64,000 nucleotides of DNA from Aestuariivirga sp. (GTDB taxonomy: Bacteria; Pseudomonadota; Alphaproteobacteria; Rhizobiales; Aestuariivirgaceae), in the NCBI RefSeq assembly GCF_047602625.1, contig NZ_JASGGV010000002.1, positions 441,734 through 505,733 on the forward strand. Reading direction: 5' to 3'. Shown here piece by piece: positions 61,910 to 64,000 of this stretch. Position numbers and translations under genes: made by a program. Each line of letters starts with the position of its first letter. Positions within the stretch are counted from its first letter, which is position 1. The notes under the pieces are model-generated. The model did not search any database, had not been told where the DNA came from, and saw only the letters and a list, made by a program, of their open reading frames with translations.

Positions 61910-62511
61910 CAGTTTTCTGCCTTCTTCGCCGGTTTTTCCGGCGGGGGATTGAGTGCGAGGTGCACCTTGTTCTGGAATGATCCGTCTTCGCCCCGGATCA
62001 TCAGCGGGATATGCTCGGCCACGGCGTCGATCAGCGGGTCGAGCCACGCCTTCTCGGCGTTGGCGAAATCGCTCAGCACATGAGGATGCACCAGCGCCCT
62101 GTCACCGGGATGGCCGATCCCCAGACGCACACGCTGGAAATGCGGCCCGGCATGGGCGATGATCGAGCGGATGCCATTATGGCCCGCTGCTCCGCCCCCG
62201 AGCCTGACCCGCACCTTGGCAGGCTCCAGATCGAGTTCGTCATAGAGCACGATTACGTCAGCCGGATCGATGCCGAAGAAACGCATTGCCTCGCCGACGG
62301 AGCGCCCACTTTCGTTCATGTAGATCATGGGCTTCAGCGCCAACACCTTTTCGCCGCCAAGCGTGACTTCGGCGGTTTCGCCCTGAAAGCGCTTGCGCCA
62401 CGGCGAAAAGCCATGGCGGCGGACAATCTCGTCCACCGCCATGAAACCGATGTTGTGCCGGTTGCCCGCATATTTGGGGCCCGGATTGCCAAGCCCCACG
62501 AGAAGTTTCAT
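61909..62511 (-). CDS. pth: peptidyl-tRNA hydrolase
   Basis: [23 protein letters not shown]... and ...[12 protein letters not shown] are canonical. Confidence 0.95.
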   Translation of the reverse strand: MKLLVGLGNPGPKYAGNRHNIGFMAVDEIVRRHGFSPWRKRFQGETAEVTLGGEKVLALKPMIYMNESGRSVGEAMRFFGIDPADVIVLYDELDLEPAKVRVRLGGGAAGHNGIRSIIAHAGPHFQRVRLGIGHPGDRALVHPHVLSDFANAEKAWLDPLIDAVAEHIPLMIRGEDGSFQNKVHLALNPPPEKPAKKAEN

Positions 62512-62544
62512 GCCGCCCTCCAAAGGCCGGGAGGGGAAGCCCGG

Positions 62545-63288
62545 TTACTTCTTCTTGGGTGCAGGAGCCGCGGCAGCGGGCGCGGCACCCTTGGCCGGGG
62601 CAGCGCCCTTGGCAGCGGGAGCAGCCTTGCCGCCCGCAGCGGGAGCGGCAGCACCAGCCGCCGGAGCCTTCTGCGCCGTAGCCGGAACTTCAGCCGAGAC
62701 AGCAGCTTCCGCCGGAGCCTCTTCCTTGGCCTGCGCGGTGATGGCGCACAATGTCACGTCATCACGGCTGACCGGCACCACGCCCTTCGGCAGCTCGATA
62801 CTGGACAGGTGGACGGACTGGCCGATCTGCATGCCCGCGAGGTCAACCACGATCTCGTCGGGGATGAAATCGGCGGAGCAGTAGAGCGCCACGTCGTGCG
62901 AGACAATATTGAGCGCGCCACCGGCTTTGATGCCGGGCGAGGCTTCCTGGTTCTTGAAATGAACCGGCACGTCCACCGCCACGCGGGCATCCTTGCCGAG
63001 GCGCAGGAAATCGACATGCACGATGAAATCGCGCACCGGCTCGAACTGCACGTCACGCGGAATGGCGCGGATGGTCTGGCCCTCGACCTCAAGGTCGATC
63101 AGGGTCGACATGAAGCGGCCGGTCTGCAAATGGGGAAGCACGTCGCCATATTTGAGCGACACGAGCTGCGGGTCTTTCTTGTCGCCATAAACGACGCCGG
63201 GAATGAGGCCTTCACGGCGGACTGCGCGAGAGGCCCCCTTGCCTGCCCGGGCGCGCGACGCGGCCTTGAGCTGAACGATCTTGGACAT
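62545..63288 (-). CDS. rplY: 50S ribosomal protein L25/general stress protein Ctc
   Basis: ...RREGLIPGVVYG... N-terminal L25 domain, a Ctc-type second domain, and an Ala/Pro/Lys-rich tail. Confidence 0.92.
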   Translation of the reverse strand: MSKIVQLKAASRARAGKGASRAVRREGLIPGVVYGDKKDPQLVSLKYGDVLPHLQTGRFMSTLIDLEVEGQTIRAIPRDVQFEPVRDFIVHVDFLRLGKDARVAVDVPVHFKNQEASPGIKAGGALNIVSHDVALYCSADFIPDEIVVDLAGMQIGQSVHLSSIELPKGVVPVSRDDVTLCAITAQAKEEAPAEAAVSAEVPATAQKAPAAGAAAPAAGGKAAPAAKGAAPAKGAAPAAAAPAPKKK

Positions 63289-63480
63289 GATAGTCTCCTG
63301 TTAGTGTGAGCCTGCCCGGCCTTCCTCCAGGGGTGAACGATGCCGGAACGGGCGGGCGGCTCTTAGGAGATTTGGGGTGAAAAGGCAAGCAAAGCCGAAG
63401 CCGCGCCAGAATAATCTTCTGACTTCAATATTTTAGAGTTTGTTCCGGATTCAAATTGCCAAGTCCGGATTGGAAAAGCG

Positions 63481-63506
63481 GAGCGCCGGACGGATCCGGC
63501 GCTCCG
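63481..63506 (-). terminator. intrinsic terminator after the yidB-like gene
   Basis: On the minus strand: GGAGCGCCGG-atccgt-CCGGCGCTCC followed by GCTTTTCC. Confidence 0.55.
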
Positions 63507-63511
63507 GTATT

Positions 63512-63961
63512 CTAGCTGGCGAATTTTCCGCCCGGCGTCATGGTGTCGACGGCCTGCGGCAGGATCTGCGACAGGCGCTTCAGCAGCTCATCGCGGGTCA
63601 GGCCCGTCTGCTTGACGAGCGCGTCGATGATGTCGGGGCCGAGTGCCGAAGCGGTCTGGTCGGGGGTGACATCCGCATTGGCGCCGGTGCCGACCCAGCT
63701 GTCGGCGGCGCTGCCGTGGCCGGCGTTGCGGAACTTGTCCACCACATCCGAAATGCCGCCTTTAACGTCCGGGGCCTGGCCGCCGAACATGTCGGTGACG
63801 CTTTTCACAGCACTTCCCAGAAGGCCGCCTTCAGAACCGCCCGGCTGGGCGCCGCCTGTCGCGCCCTTGAGGAGTTCTCCGATCTTGTCGCGATTCTGAT
63901 AGCCCGCAATGGCCAGAAGGCCGAGAAGAGCTGCGAGAGACGGCATGGTGTTCTTGCTCAT
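63512..63961 (-). CDS. YidB (DUF937) family protein
   Basis: ...LLGLLAIAGYQNRDKIGELL... and C-terminal ...SWVGTGANADVTPDQTASALGPDIIDALVKQTGLTRDELLKRLSQILPQAVDTMTP are typical. Confidence 0.8.
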   Translation of the reverse strand: MSKNTMPSLAALLGLLAIAGYQNRDKIGELLKGATGGAQPGGSEGGLLGSAVKSVTDMFGGQAPDVKGGISDVVDKFRNAGHGSAADSWVGTGANADVTPDQTASALGPDIIDALVKQTGLTRDELLKRLSQILPQAVDTMTPGGKFAS

Positions 63962-64000
63962 GAGGATACCTCCGGTTTCGGGGCACCTAACATAGTGCGC

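Overview
High-GC (about 60-65% by eye) chromosomal segment that looks alphaproteobacterial (Hyphomicrobiales-like). This rests on the protein N-termini, the GGAAC-type ECF motifs and the VPLPA-CTERM proteins. Most of the window is tightly packed housekeeping DNA: purE-purK, rpsU, carB, greA, trxB, uvrB, aspartate aminotransferase, rlmJ, prmB, cspA, mtnP, petABC (cytochrome bc1), trmL-hemF-apt and rplY(ctc)-pth-ychF. These are interspersed with regulators (ECF sigma/anti-sigma, HxlR, Lrp, LysR), transporters (BenE, two MFS, TerC, MgtC) and many small secreted or DUF proteins. I saw no rRNA, tRNA, CRISPR array, transposase or integrase. Many long ORFs in the supplied track are antisense or shadow frames typical of high-GC DNA and are not reported. 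Six observations stand out. (1) A compact accessory module upstream of carB at about 5.9-8.3 kb holds an ECF sigma and an RskA-type anti-sigma. It also holds a 30-nt box duplicated at nearly identical spacing ahead of two paralogous small secreted-peptide genes, and two tandem hairpin+terminator elements with compensatory stem changes and a conserved C-rich loop (candidate sRNAs). (2) An unannotated 48-codon ORF at 23779-23925 encodes four GPVVP repeats whose copies differ only at wobble positions. It sits divergent from an ATP-grasp-like gene and near a degenerate M24 (Xaa-Pro peptidase/creatinase fold) gene. (3) A two-tier hairpin sequesters the SD of a ParB-like nuclease gene. (4) A promoter-proximal terminator lies in the greA leader. 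(5) An orphan membrane-anchored CobT-like VWA protein sits in a lower-GC islet next to vapBC. (6) Several genes are disrupted by single-nucleotide frame breaks or a nonsense codon (DUF2207, MBL hydrolase, possibly benE, and a low-GC hypothetical), which may be real pseudogenes or assembly errors. All functional calls rest on motif and family recognition by eye; no database search was possible.
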